A stretch of DNA of 64,000 bases from Nemertoderma westbladi (taxonomy: Eukaryota > Animalia > Xenacoelomorpha). The translations under genes were made by a program, and so were the position numbers. Location: the NCBI GenBank assembly GCA_032718475.1, contig JAUCBJ010001007.1:7674-71673 (forward strand), in the 5' to 3' direction. The notes beneath the pieces were generated by a model that worked only from the letters and a program-made list of their open reading frames with translations, did not search any database and was not told the DNA's origin. Shown here piece after piece: positions 24,747 through 34,995 of this stretch. The first letter of the stretch is position 1; every line of letters starts with the position of its first letter.

Positions 24747-26980
24747 ATAACAGTTATTGTCTTTATTGCAGTAAGCAATAAAGTTGAAAGTACCGGTCGA
24801 CCGGTAAACCTGAACCGGTACTTCTGTAGGTCAGTAGGCCCAACTGCCAGAACCGGTACTGCTGTAGGTCCGTAGGTCCAACTGCCAGAACCGGTACTTC
24901 TGTAGGTCCGTAGGCCCAACTGTCCTAACCGGTACTTCCAGTATAAGTACATTAGTATTATTCGATTTTGATTATTGTATACTGGTAGGTCTTAGTATTT
25001 AATCAGGGACGGCCGCCCTGGTTTTTTATTGAGATTTTACTTATTTCTGTCGGTTTTATTTACATGTAAGTTAATATTGAGCTGAAGACGTGTAAGTCTG
25101 CTCAGATTGTTCAGATAATTGTAGGCCGGACTGTTGTCGGATTGTTGTTGGGTTTGGAGAGATTACTGCGTGTGTAGAGTTTGTCCGATAGAGTGCCAGT
25201 TAGTAAGTTGGGGCAGCCATAGCTGTAAGGTCAATCCCCTCTTAAAGAATAAGTCGTACTACCGTGTTAGAACGCATACTAACTAACCATTTTGGAATCT
25301 GCACATACTGTAGTTTATTTAGGCTTGACAGTATTCTGCCAACGTTTTGGCCTGTGTTTGTTTGTGTGGTCTGTTCAGGTACCGTAATAGTTATTACTCA
25401 GATATTTTGTAGGCTGGATTGTTGTCTAGCTATTATTAGGTCTGAAGAGATTGCTGCGTGTGTAGAGTTTGTCTGATAAAGTGCCAGTTAGTAAGTTGGG
25501 GCAGCCATAGCTGTAAGGTCAATCCCCTCTTAAAGAATAAGTCGTACTACCGTGTTAGAACGCATACTAACTAACCATTTCGGAATCTGCACATACGGTA
25601 GTTTATTTAGGCTTGGTGGTAGTCTGCCAGCGTTTGGTTTGTATTTTGTTTGAGTATTCTGTACGGGTAGCGTAATATTTATTATTCAGAGTTTATGCGA
25701 TTATTCGCAACATTCATGTCCCCAAGTTTATTCCTACAGTAATTGTGTTTGTTACACATACCGTTATAGTTAAATTAACCCCGGTACTACACGGGCTGCT
25801 TGGCGTAGGAAAAGACTGGTGACTTTGTGCTTCGGTCACTCCAGCAGATGCCGTGGTTCTTTTAACTGTTCAAGTATATTTAACTACTGATTATTTGTTG
25901 TACCAGTACTTGTACCTAATTTAGGGTTTAGTGTACAGTGCTTTCCGAAGTAATTAGTGTGTAGGCAGTATATTTGTGTTGTAAAGTGGTTAATAGGCAC
26001 GCTGGATCTGGTAGTCCGCGGTAATTAACTTCCAGGTAGGAACACTCCGTGATACATAACGTAGTACCTATAGCGATACGGCTATAGGTCGTCAGGCGGT
26101 GGTATTTTCCTATCTGGACAGTGCAATATATTTACTACTACTTATTATTTTCAAATACCGTAGTACCCTGTCCGTTGTAATAACCAGAATTCTAACCCTT
26201 TGTTAGGCTGGTTTGTAGACTTCCTGTAAAATTACCCTAAAATTTCGTACGTAATATTTTGTTGTGTTTAATTAGAGATTTAATCTCACCCGTATCGTAA
26301 GTAATTTGTAGTATTAAGTAACTTAGGTAAATTAGAATTATCTGTTTTAGTGTCCCATAGGTAGCACTTCACTGAGAGCGCACAGCTTCTGTGTAGTGAC
26401 TCCCCCAGAAATAATAACATTTATTTCAAATATTGACAAAACCCCTTTTAAACGGGTATATATCTATTATAAATCAACTCAAACGATTTATAAATAGTAG
26501 GCCTGCCATACAACAACTAGGTCTCAAAATCAGTTGGACTACTGCTTAAATAACGGTAACAAAGTAAGTTAAAGTAACCAAGTAACCCTAAAATATTCAG
26601 AAATTCAATTATTCTAAAATAATTGACATACCGGTATTTACCATAGGCTTATTATATTTATTTCTATAAATTTGGGCTGAAATCATACCGGTATTCTGTA
26701 ATTAATTCTAGTTCATAATTATACTTATATATACTATAAGTGTAAGCTGTATACCGGTATTCACGATAGGCCTATTATATATTTATATATATTTGTGCTA
26801 AAATTATATACCGGTACTCTGTGACAAACCTAGTTTACCATACTTATATATACTATAAGTGTATACCGGTATTCTAATATACTGTAATAAATTACCGGTA
26901 CTAGGCCAACGGTCATACTGAATTACTAGACTTGCTTTAACTGTAACTATAGCAGTAGGCATTCAACCGTATAGCTAAAC
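24747..26980 (+). promoter_or_regulatory. 2.2-kb 5' leader of element A with hairpins and internal repeats
   Basis: Three hairpins at 24744-24806; ~38-bp tandem units at 24812-24940; ~290-bp direct duplication (~25130-25420 and ~25420-25690); repeated ATACCGGTA motifs at 26625-26900. Confidence 0.7.
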
Positions 26981-29900
26981 ATGTCTGACACTCAGCAAAA
27001 CCTGTCAGACAGTCTAATCGATACAACCATCTGTGACACAGATAGGAGTGTGGAGCGATTAAGAAAGGAGTTCAGCTCACCTCCTACTGAAAGAAAGGTC
27101 ATCCCTCCAGTAGTAGTATCAGACCCTAAGCTAATCCAACACCATAGGTCTATCATCGGCACTCGGGCCCAAGTCAAACGGAACCAGGAAGCAGCTGTCC
27201 AACAGCAGCAACATCCTAGTCAAGAAACTTGTTCCCAGCGATCCGATAGCTCCAGTAGTGCGGATACTGCAGAGCTGACCCCCGAATGCGGAGTGCAGAT
27301 GGCGGCTACAGCCTACTCGGATCCCCTTCTCACCCTTCCTGCCGCAGTGCTAACTACTATATTGATTGCGGTGGAAGAACATCAAGCCGATTGGGCGAGA
27401 AGTATGAGAGCGACCCAAGATAGTTATGCGGGATACGCCAGGGAAGAATTGATGTCTATTGTCGAGTCACAATGGAACTTTCCCGGACCCGGACTCCCGT
27501 TTGATTTGTCCGAAGCTACTTGGGAAGATATACACAGGATGGGAGTGACTAAAGATACAATGGATCCAGCTGTTTGGAAGAGGTCGGCAGCAGGATATGT
27601 GCAGGGATTCTTCGGCTCCTTAGAGCGATTGGAAGAACAACTGTTTCGACAACCCCAAGGACCTCAAGAGCAGGAAGAGCTGCTTTATCAAGTACGTGAA
27701 AGAACCCTACGCATTAGACTAATCTTATCAGCCTTTGAGGAAACTTCCAAAAGAAGACAGGACACGTCGCTGCAGGTTGCTGTCAAAACTTGGTTCCAGC
27801 GGGTAGGTCTCAAAGTACAAGAAACGGCCCAGTGGAAATCCCAGCTGGCTGAGAGACTAACTTATGAAGAACCAACCGATGCCACCCTTTCTCAAGTGGA
27901 AAGCGAAGTGACCGCAGAGAGACCACGAACGAGAGACGCCATCGACATTTATCTGTCCGACTATCAGCGATTCCTAGGAGACGAAGAGTTGAGGAGATGG
28001 CTGTCTGGACTTTCCCCTAATAGTGAAGGAACCCAGCGTGTGTTGGACTCAATCGATGCTGAAATGTTAGCTGCAAACCAAGCTGAATTTGATGAAAAAC
28101 TTCGCCTCGCTAGAGTCCAGGAAGAAGAAGTAAAGAAAAGGCGGATAGAGGACCGAAAAGCAGCGGCAATCGCAGAAGCAGAAGCGGAAAGAAAGGAGGC
28201 AGCGGCAAAAGCAGAAGCAGAAGCACAAAGAAAGGCGGAAAAGGCAGTGGCAGAAGCAGAACGTAGAGCGTCGGAGCAGACTACCCAACTGGAGTTGGAA
28301 AATCTGCAAGAGACGCAAGACAACATAAATAAACAGTTAACTGCTAGTCGAATGCAGATGATGAGACGATCTACTCCAAAACGCCAGGGATACACATCAT
28401 CGGAGGAAAGCGAAACCACCGATCCTGAAGGCGGAGGAAATAGATCTCGTCTAAGCAGGCGTAGAAAAACATCTCACCGCCACAAATTGCCTAATTTGCC
28501 CCCGGCGGTTAGAAGACAACTAACTAGCGCAGACTTAGGCAATACAGAACCCACAGAACAAATTATTCAGGTCAAAAGACTCCCTACAATAGTTGATGAG
28601 CCTGAAATAATTAGGCCTGTCGTTCCCAAAGTCACTTCTGTGCTAGAGACCCCTGTACTTCCAGAGCTTAACTCTAAATTCCCTTTACACAGTACTACAC
28701 TGCCTGTACCCGGTAGAACAGTCCATGAGAATATCCCTGTCCTGGAAGCAGAGAGAGAAATCAAAGATTTGTCTCCCGTCGTCCAGCGTCGGCCCGCTAC
28801 AATGTTGGCGACTCCCGCTTCGGCGGTCGAGTGGGTAGAGGAGGGACGGCGGGGGATGAACCTCCTGCTCGGACAGATGCAGGAGACTGTCCACCAACTT
28901 AAGGGAACAGTAAGGGAAGGTAGGGCAGAATTGCAGGAAGTGCAGCAAAGTATCGCACTGGAACGCGACAAATTAGTCAATATACAAAAAGGCATACCAA
29001 TACCCCCTGTAACATTGTGTCAACCTGTTAGGTCTGAAGTATTACATGCGCAAGGTGTGGAGCCTACACGCATCTATACTGCTAGTGAAGTAGAAACTCC
29101 TATAGCAAACCCTATTAAGGGTGATTATAGACCTGTTATTAATGATATTCCCTATAGACATGATAATGATCCGAGAAATTTATATACCGATAATTCGATA
29201 TTAAATAACACGATGGCCCAAGAAAGCTTTACGCGTCAGATGGCTAGAACAGAAGCCCGCCAAGCGGTCAAAGTGGGAGAGATCGTCAAATTCAATGGAG
29301 ATGAGATGAAATGGTTACCTTTCAACGAATATTACAAAGACAGCATACAGAACTCTGTACTATCTAACGGAGAGAAACTTAGGTTCCTCATCAAGTGCTT
29401 GGAAGGACCTCCCAAGTTAATGGCGTTAAAGTTTATTGGACATCCAGAAGGATTAAGACAAGTTTGGGATACATTAAACATCAGGTATGGTAACCAGGAT
29501 AACATAGCTAAGTATTTGTATGCAAAATTAGTAGCCCCCCGAAACTTCCTTAGTAGCGGGATTATAGAGTTTTCCGATGAGATTCAGGAGATCTGTAGAC
29601 AATTGGACTGGTTAGGTAAGTCTCATGAATACCAGAGTTCCATGGTTATTGGAGCAGTAGTCTCTACTTTACCAAAGGGTGGAGTATGTACACGCTGGGA
29701 CAAGAAAGTGTTGTATATGAATGAGCAACAACGACGAAGCCCTACCATGGCTGATCTCATGTCCTTCTTAGATGGTGAGGTAAAACTACAACTCATCAAG
29801 CAGTCCAGAGAGAAAACATCGGAAAATAAGGTAAGTGAGAAACCCGCTTCTAGGAGAAGAGTAACACCGGTGTGTTACACTGACGACGGCGAAAGCCAAG

Positions 29901-30637
29901 CTTCTCAAGAAGAGGACAGCAGAAAAGACACCGATCGATCTTACTATGTTGACAAAACCTCAAAAGACGTAAGTAAATACAAGGCTCGAAACAACGATAG
30001 GAGAGAACAGGTTGCCAAGACCCCTCCTCAGTCTCCTAACAGAATGCACCGTAGAAAACCCGAAGAAAGAACGAGAGTGCATCAAGTTACCCAAGGTAAA
30101 GTGAGTAACATAAAACCTAACTGTGCGCTGTGCGACGGGACCCACCGTTTGAGTGCGTGTGCTGAATTTCTAAAGAAATCCCTTGTAGACAGACGTGCAG
30201 TCGTGTGGGACAAGCGGTTATGCTATAATTGCCTCAGACCAGGACACCAACGGCGAACCTGTTACTCTGACATAAAGTGTGCAAAGTGTGGCGCAAAACA
30301 TCACATCTTGTTACACAGTGAGTTCGAACGAGACAAACAGAGTCAGGTAAGTGAGCCCGAACTACATGTCCAATTCAGTGATGTAAATGACACTGATCAG
30401 GAGTCTGAGATGGAAGGATTCTATACTGACGAATTCTCCGACGCCAACGAATCCTGTTATCTAATCAATACCGCAGTGTATCGAGCACTTACTTATGAAA
30501 AGGACACCAACAATGAGTTTCCCCCAACTACTTTTGCCAGACAACCATCTTGGAAAGCTCCAACTTCCAACGTAGGAATCAGAGAATTTCCTGTAGTGCA
30601 GGTAAAAGAGTTCACGGTCCTAACAAAAGTTACATAG
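26981..30637 (+). CDS. gag: Gag of element A (long N-terminal extension)
   Basis: 1218 aa; KFNGDEMKW..KLRFLIKCLEG capsid-like region (DUF1759 type); three Bel/Pao knuckles CALCDGTHRLSAC, CYNCLRPGHQRRTC, CAKCGAKHHILLH. Confidence 0.92.
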   Translation: MSDTQQNLSDSLIDTTICDTDRSVERLRKEFSSPPTERKVIPPVVVSDPKLIQHHRSIIGTRAQVKRNQEAAVQQQQHPSQETCSQRSDSSSSADTAELTPECGVQMAATAYSDPLLTLPAAVLTTILIAVEEHQADWARSMRATQDSYAGYAREELMSIVESQWNFPGPGLPFDLSEATWEDIHRMGVTKDTMDPAVWKRSAAGYVQGFFGSLERLEEQLFRQPQGPQEQEELLYQVRERTLRIRLILSAFEETSKRRQDTSLQVAVKTWFQRVGLKVQETAQWKSQLAERLTYEEPTDATLSQVESEVTAERPRTRDAIDIYLSDYQRFLGDEELRRWLSGLSPNSEGTQRVLDSIDAEMLAANQAEFDEKLRLARVQEEEVKKRRIEDRKAAAIAEAEAERKEAAAKAEAEAQRKAEKAVAEAERRASEQTTQLELENLQETQDNINKQLTASRMQMMRRSTPKRQGYTSSEESETTDPEGGGNRSRLSRRRKTSHRHKLPNLPPAVRRQLTSADLGNTEPTEQIIQVKRLPTIVDEPEIIRPVVPKVTSVLETPVLPELNSKFPLHSTTLPVPGRTVHENIPVLEAEREIKDLSPVVQRRPATMLATPASAVEWVEEGRRGMNLLLGQMQETVHQLKGTVREGRAELQEVQQSIALERDKLVNIQKGIPIPPVTLCQPVRSEVLHAQGVEPTRIYTASEVETPIANPIKGDYRPVINDIPYRHDNDPRNLYTDNSILNNTMAQESFTRQMARTEARQAVKVGEIVKFNGDEMKWLPFNEYYKDSIQNSVLSNGEKLRFLIKCLEGPPKLMALKFIGHPEGLRQVWDTLNIRYGNQDNIAKYLYAKLVAPRNFLSSGIIEFSDEIQEICRQLDWLGKSHEYQSSMVIGAVVSTLPKGGVCTRWDKKVLYMNEQQRRSPTMADLMSFLDGEVKLQLIKQSREKTSENKVSEKPASRRRVTPVCYTDDGESQASQEEDSRKDTDRSYYVDKTSKDVSKYKARNNDRREQVAKTPPQSPNRMHRRKPEERTRVHQVTQGKVSNIKPNCALCDGTHRLSACAEFLKKSLVDRRAVVWDKRLCYNCLRPGHQRRTCYSDIKCAKCGAKHHILLHSEFERDKQSQVSEPELHVQFSDVNDTDQESEMEGFYTDEFSDANESCYLINTAVYRALTYEKDTNNEFPPTTFARQPSWKAPTSNVGIREFPVVQVKEFTVLTKVT

Positions 30638-33600
30638 TGAACGCCCTTCTTGACTCCAGCAGCACAGGAACATTCATCGATCAAGAACTAGCCGAAGATA
30701 TCTTTGCTGGACAACCCAAATTTCGGACTAAATTGAATATGTCAGGAATTATGCAGGTTTGGAAATCTACCCTAACGGCAGATTACTATGTAGGTGTGTT
30801 GTCCACCCCCCAGGATAAGTTAGGAGCACAAGGTATAAGGTCGGTAAAAATGGTAGCTATAAAGAACTTCGCTACTACTCAAGCAGACCTTTATAATTGG
30901 GACGAGGATGAGAGCATCCAACATCTTAAGATACCTCGATTCCAGACAGATTATCCTGGAGTGCAAATACTCATCGGCCAAAACGCGCATGAGGCGCTCG
31001 AAACATTAGAGAAACGGCCTGCTCAACCACAGCCACTGCAAACCTATGCGGTAAGAACTAGAGTAGGTTGGTACTTTACTGGCCCTTCCCACAGGACTCT
31101 CGAAGAGAGAATGCCACAAGAACGAATATACCAAGTAAACGATTGGGAAGTGGAGAGCAGTGAGGTGGACGAACTAACTGAGGAAACACCATACTCCTCA
31201 GATAATGACGACATCTACCAACTCTTCGATGAAGAGAACACAATCGACCTACTTACAGAAAACCAAACTTGGAAAAATCAGGTGAACCTATGTCAACTGA
31301 TTCGCCCATCGGAACCCATCGCTTACAATGACGAACTAAACGATGAGATAGAGCGCTACAACGCTAGAACTCGGGACGAACTAGCCATACGATTCTTTAC
31401 TCAAGAACTGGTAGAGCCCAATTCATATGATAAGGCCCTATCGATAGAAGAAGAAAGAGCCAAGCAAATCCAGGAAACAACTACACGTTTTTTAAAGGAC
31501 CAAGGTAGATATGAAATCGGCCTACCATTTCGAAAACGAGAACCTAGATTTATAAATAACAGACCCTTGGCAGAGAAAAGAATCGCTCAATTACATCGAC
31601 GCCTTACGGCTAATGCTTCAGCTAAAGAAATGTACCAAACTCAGCTGAAGAAATTTATAACAAAGGGATACGCGGAGCGAGTACCGGAAGGAACACCAGT
31701 GACCGAGAGAATGTATTACTTAACACATCATTACGTTCCCAAACCCGGTAAACCCCACGAAGTACGAGTCGTATCCGATGGCTCCGCCCTATATATGGGC
31801 CAATCCCTCAATTCCGAGTTGTTACCAGGACCCAACTTACTCCAATCTTTGTTGGGAATACTTTTAAGATTAAGACAATATTCCATCGCGTTCGCCTCCA
31901 ATATAGAAGGAATGTTCTTACAAGTCAAGGCGCTGGATAGAGATAGAGACAGCCTGAGATTTCTGTGGTGGCCGGAAGGAGACCTCAATCAGAAACCGGT
32001 AGAGTACTGGATGATCATCCAGGCTTTTGGAATCATATCAAGCCCTTCCAATGCCTGCTCCGTGGTGCGAACCACTGCGAATGACAAACGAGACTCCTTC
32101 TCAAAAGAGGTGATAGACAACATCAAACGGAATATATACATGGATGACAATTTAAGGTCCCTTCCATCAGTAGAAGAAGCCATAGATGTCGCAAAAGGAA
32201 CGGTAGAGTGTTTGAAAAGAGGTGGATTTCGACTGACGAAATTCACCAGCAACTCCCGTGAGTTTCTGGAAGCGATACTGGTAGCAGACCGAGGAGCGAA
32301 AGACCTAGACTTAATAAAGGACGATCTTCCTGAAACCAAGACGCTTAGCTTGAAGTGGGACACTGAAAGAGACATCCTGTTTTTTCAGTTAAAACAGCGA
32401 GATAATCCAGTTCGGACCAAACGGATTTGTTTAAGTATCCTGAGCACTTATTTCGACCCATTGGGATTTATTAGCCCAGTTATATTGATTGCTCGGAGTT
32501 TAGTACAACAAATGTGGCTTGAAAACCACTCATGGGACGATCCGCTTAAGGGAGAATTGTTAAAGAAATGGATGAAATGGGAAGATTCTCTACCTGCCAT
32601 CGAGAACTTTATAATTTCCCGTGCATATTTTGGCCATGTTCTTCCTACGTATTCTTATCAACTCCATGTGTTTGGAGACGCCAGCGACATGGGAATAGGT
32701 ATAGTATCATATCTGCGAGTCGAAACTCCGGATGGAATCAAAGTCGCCTTGGTTACCTCTAAGGCATTGATTAACAACAAGTTAAAGGTTCCTCGAGCGG
32801 AGTTAAAGGCGGCTTTATACGCTACAGCCATCGGCCGGAATGTAACGAAACAAATCGACTATCCACTGGAGAAAACGGTTTATTGGACCGACGCTTTACT
32901 CGTGTTGGAGTATCTAACCAATGAAGTCTGTCAGTTCAGCGTTTTTGTTACTAACAGGGTAGCTATTATTCTTAGTCGCACGAAGATAGATCAATGGAGA
33001 CATTGCCCTGGTACGATTAATCCAGCCGATATCGCCTCCAGGGGAGCAACTCCACAGGAACTGATAGATACTCCAGACTGGTTGGGTGGACCCGACTTCC
33101 TGAGCAAGGAAGAGGATAAATGGCCTCCTCACCTTACTACGGCGGAGATTAGACAAGCCAAGGGAGCGGAGACAGTCAAACCTAAAACCCGGGCGAGTAA
33201 ATCGAAGTTATTTAAACCGACTATCGATCTATCTGTATTACATGCTTCCGGAAACGATGCTTCGGATCCACAATCCCTCGCCACAAATAAGTCTGTTGTG
33301 GAAATTAGAGATAGAGATTGGACATCTGGAATACCAGACATCTCGCAAGGAATCTCACCCATGCTGCAGAGAGCAATGCATCACTACAGTTCCTGGAATC
33401 GGCTCTGTAAAGCCGTCACATATTTAAGGAGATGTTTTCATCATCACTACTCCAGGACGAAGACCATTAGTGATACCGCTCCATTGACATCTGCGCAAGT
33501 TCATGTTATTAAAAACTTACCCAAATATAAGACATCTGACCGTTTTCTAAAGGAGAAAATTAGCCACCAGGAGCATGAAGAAACAAATAAGCAGATACTG

Positions 33601-34995
33601 AGACTCCTGCAATGCTATGAGGATTCCGATAAGTATTTCCTGTTGTTGAGAAATCCGCAGATGCGCTTAAGGGATCGATTCTCTAGCACAATGATAGATG
33701 GGTTAATACGTGTTGGAGGAAGACTCACCAATGCGCCATTATCCTTTGACACTAAATTCCCCATACTCATTACAAATCTTGAAGTACAAATCAAGATGAT
33801 TGTAGATGTCCACAGCAAACTTTATCATGCTGGTAGAGAACGAGTTCTTAGCGAAATTCGAACTCGCTATTATTTTGATAAACCCCGTAGAGCTCTGAAC
33901 CAAGTTCTTAGGAACTGCATACCCTGTAGGAAAGCATTCAGTAGGCCTTTAACACAGCGAGAGGCAGAATTACCTAGGGAACGAGTAAGCTTCTATGAAC
34001 CACCTTTTACTAATACTGGTGTAGATTTATTTGGCCCTATCGAAGTATATCGTGCGAGGACTATAGTCAAGAGATGGTGTGTCATCTTCGTATGCATGAC
34101 TTGTAGAGCCATCCATCTCGATATGGTGAACGATCTATCTACCAACAGCTTCGTCTTAAGTTTACGCCGACAGATCGCTCGCTTCGGGACGAGTAATACC
34201 ATGAGATCGGACAAGGGAACGAACTTCATTGGTGCCAACAACGAAATACAGGCTTACGTGAAGGACTGGAACCAAAGACAGGTGGACGATCAGCTAAGGA
34301 TAACAGCGTCTAGCTGGACCTTCAACGCCGCCGACGCCCCTTGGTGGGGAGGAAGTTGGGAGAGATTAATTAGAAGTGTCAAAACCGCATTTCACTTTAT
34401 AGTGCCATGCCGCGCGTATCTCACCGACGAACTTTTGCGGACGTTAATGGAGGAAATAGCTGCCTATCTCAACGAGAGACCGCTTATGCCAGTTTCATCG
34501 AGTCCCGATTCCCTGGAAGCTCTAACACCCGCGCACTTCCTACTGAAGAAACCTGTAGCCATGCTCCCACGATCGGAGATTGCCGACGGAGACGAATACT
34601 GCCGTCAAACTTGGCAACTTATGCAGTTGCTATCCCGTCGTTTCGCTGACCATTTCGAGAAACATTATCTGCCCACGCTACAACTTCGAACTAAGTGGTT
34701 TGCGCAGCAAGAAAACGTCAGCGCCGGAGATATGGTGCTTATTGTAGATCCAGACCTCCCACGTAAACGGTGGCAGACAGGTCGTATCATCGAGACCCAC
34801 ATCTCGGATGATGGTTTAGTACGCTCGGTAGAACTCATCGTCAACTTCAAGAAGCCAGGCATAATCTTTGACGCAACAACTCAATCGCCCAGTTGGTCGT
34901 TTATGTTTACTGAAAAGAGACAGAGAACTCTCCGGAAACTACGGAAGGCAAGACACTCTTCCCACGACCACCTCCCTAATTCCTCAAACATCTAG
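30601..34995 (+). CDS. pol: Pol of element A (protease, RT, RNase H, integrase), -1 frame relative to gag
   Basis: ALLDSSS; YLTHHYV..VRVVSDGS; LRFLW; YMDD; VFGDAS, RAELKAA, WTDA, NPADIASRG; HSKLYHAG..CIPC; GVDLFGP, SDKGTNF, GSWERL. Confidence 0.95.
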   Translation, partial: GKRVHGPNKSYIVNALLDSSSTGTFIDQELAEDIFAGQPKFRTKLNMSGIMQVWKSTLTADYYVGVLSTPQDKLGAQGIRSVKMVAIKNFATTQADLYNWDEDESIQHLKIPRFQTDYPGVQILIGQNAHEALETLEKRPAQPQPLQTYAVRTRVGWYFTGPSHRTLEERMPQERIYQVNDWEVESSEVDELTEETPYSSDNDDIYQLFDEENTIDLLTENQTWKNQVNLCQLIRPSEPIAYNDELNDEIERYNARTRDELAIRFFTQELVEPNSYDKALSIEEERAKQIQETTTRFLKDQGRYEIGLPFRKREPRFINNRPLAEKRIAQLHRRLTANASAKEMYQTQLKKFITKGYAERVPEGTPVTERMYYLTHHYVPKPGKPHEVRVVSDGSALYMGQSLNSELLPGPNLLQSLLGILLRLRQYSIAFASNIEGMFLQVKALDRDRDSLRFLWWPEGDLNQKPVEYWMIIQAFGIISSPSNACSVVRTTANDKRDSFSKEVIDNIKRNIYMDDNLRSLPSVEEAIDVAKGTVECLKRGGFRLTKFTSNSREFLEAILVADRGAKDLDLIKDDLPETKTLSLKWDTERDILFFQLKQRDNPVRTKRICLSILSTYFDPLGFISPVILIARSLVQQMWLENHSWDDPLKGELLKKWMKWEDSLPAIENFIISRAYFGHVLPTYSYQLHVFGDASDMGIGIVSYLRVETPDGIKVALVTSKALINNKLKVPRAELKAALYATAIGRNVTKQIDYPLEKTVYWTDALLVLEYLTNEVCQFSVFVTNRVAIILSRTKIDQWRHCPGTINPADIASRGATPQELIDTPDWLGGPDFLSKEEDKWPPHLTTAEIRQAKGAETVKPKTRASKSKLFKPTIDLSVLHASGNDASDPQSLATNKSVVEIRDRDWTSGIPDISQGISPMLQRAMHHYSSWNRLCKAVTYLRRCFHHHYSRTKTISDTAPLTSAQVHVIKNLPKYKTSDRFLKEKISHQEHEETNKQILRLLQCYEDSDKYFLLLRNPQMRLRDRFSSTMIDGLIRVGGRLTNAPLSFDTKFPILITNLEVQIKMIVDVHSKLYHAGRERVLSEIRTRYYFDKPRRALNQVLRNCIPCRKAFSRPLTQREAELPRERVSFYEPPFTNTGVDLFGPIEVYRARTIVKRWCVIFVCMTCRAIHLDMVNDLSTNSFVLSLRRQIARFGTSNTMRSDKGTNFIGANNEIQAYVKDWNQRQVDDQLRITASSWTFNAADAPWWGGSWERLIRSVKTAFHFIVPCRAYLTDELLRTLMEEIAAYLNERPLMPVSSSPDSLEALTPAHFLLKKPVAMLPRSEIADGDEYCRQTWQLMQLLSRRFADHFEKHYLPTLQLRTKWFAQQENVSAGDMVLIVDPDLPRKRWQTGRIIETHISDDGLVRSVELIVNFKKPGIIFDATTQSPSWSFMFTEKRQRTLRKLRKARHSSHDHLPNSSNI

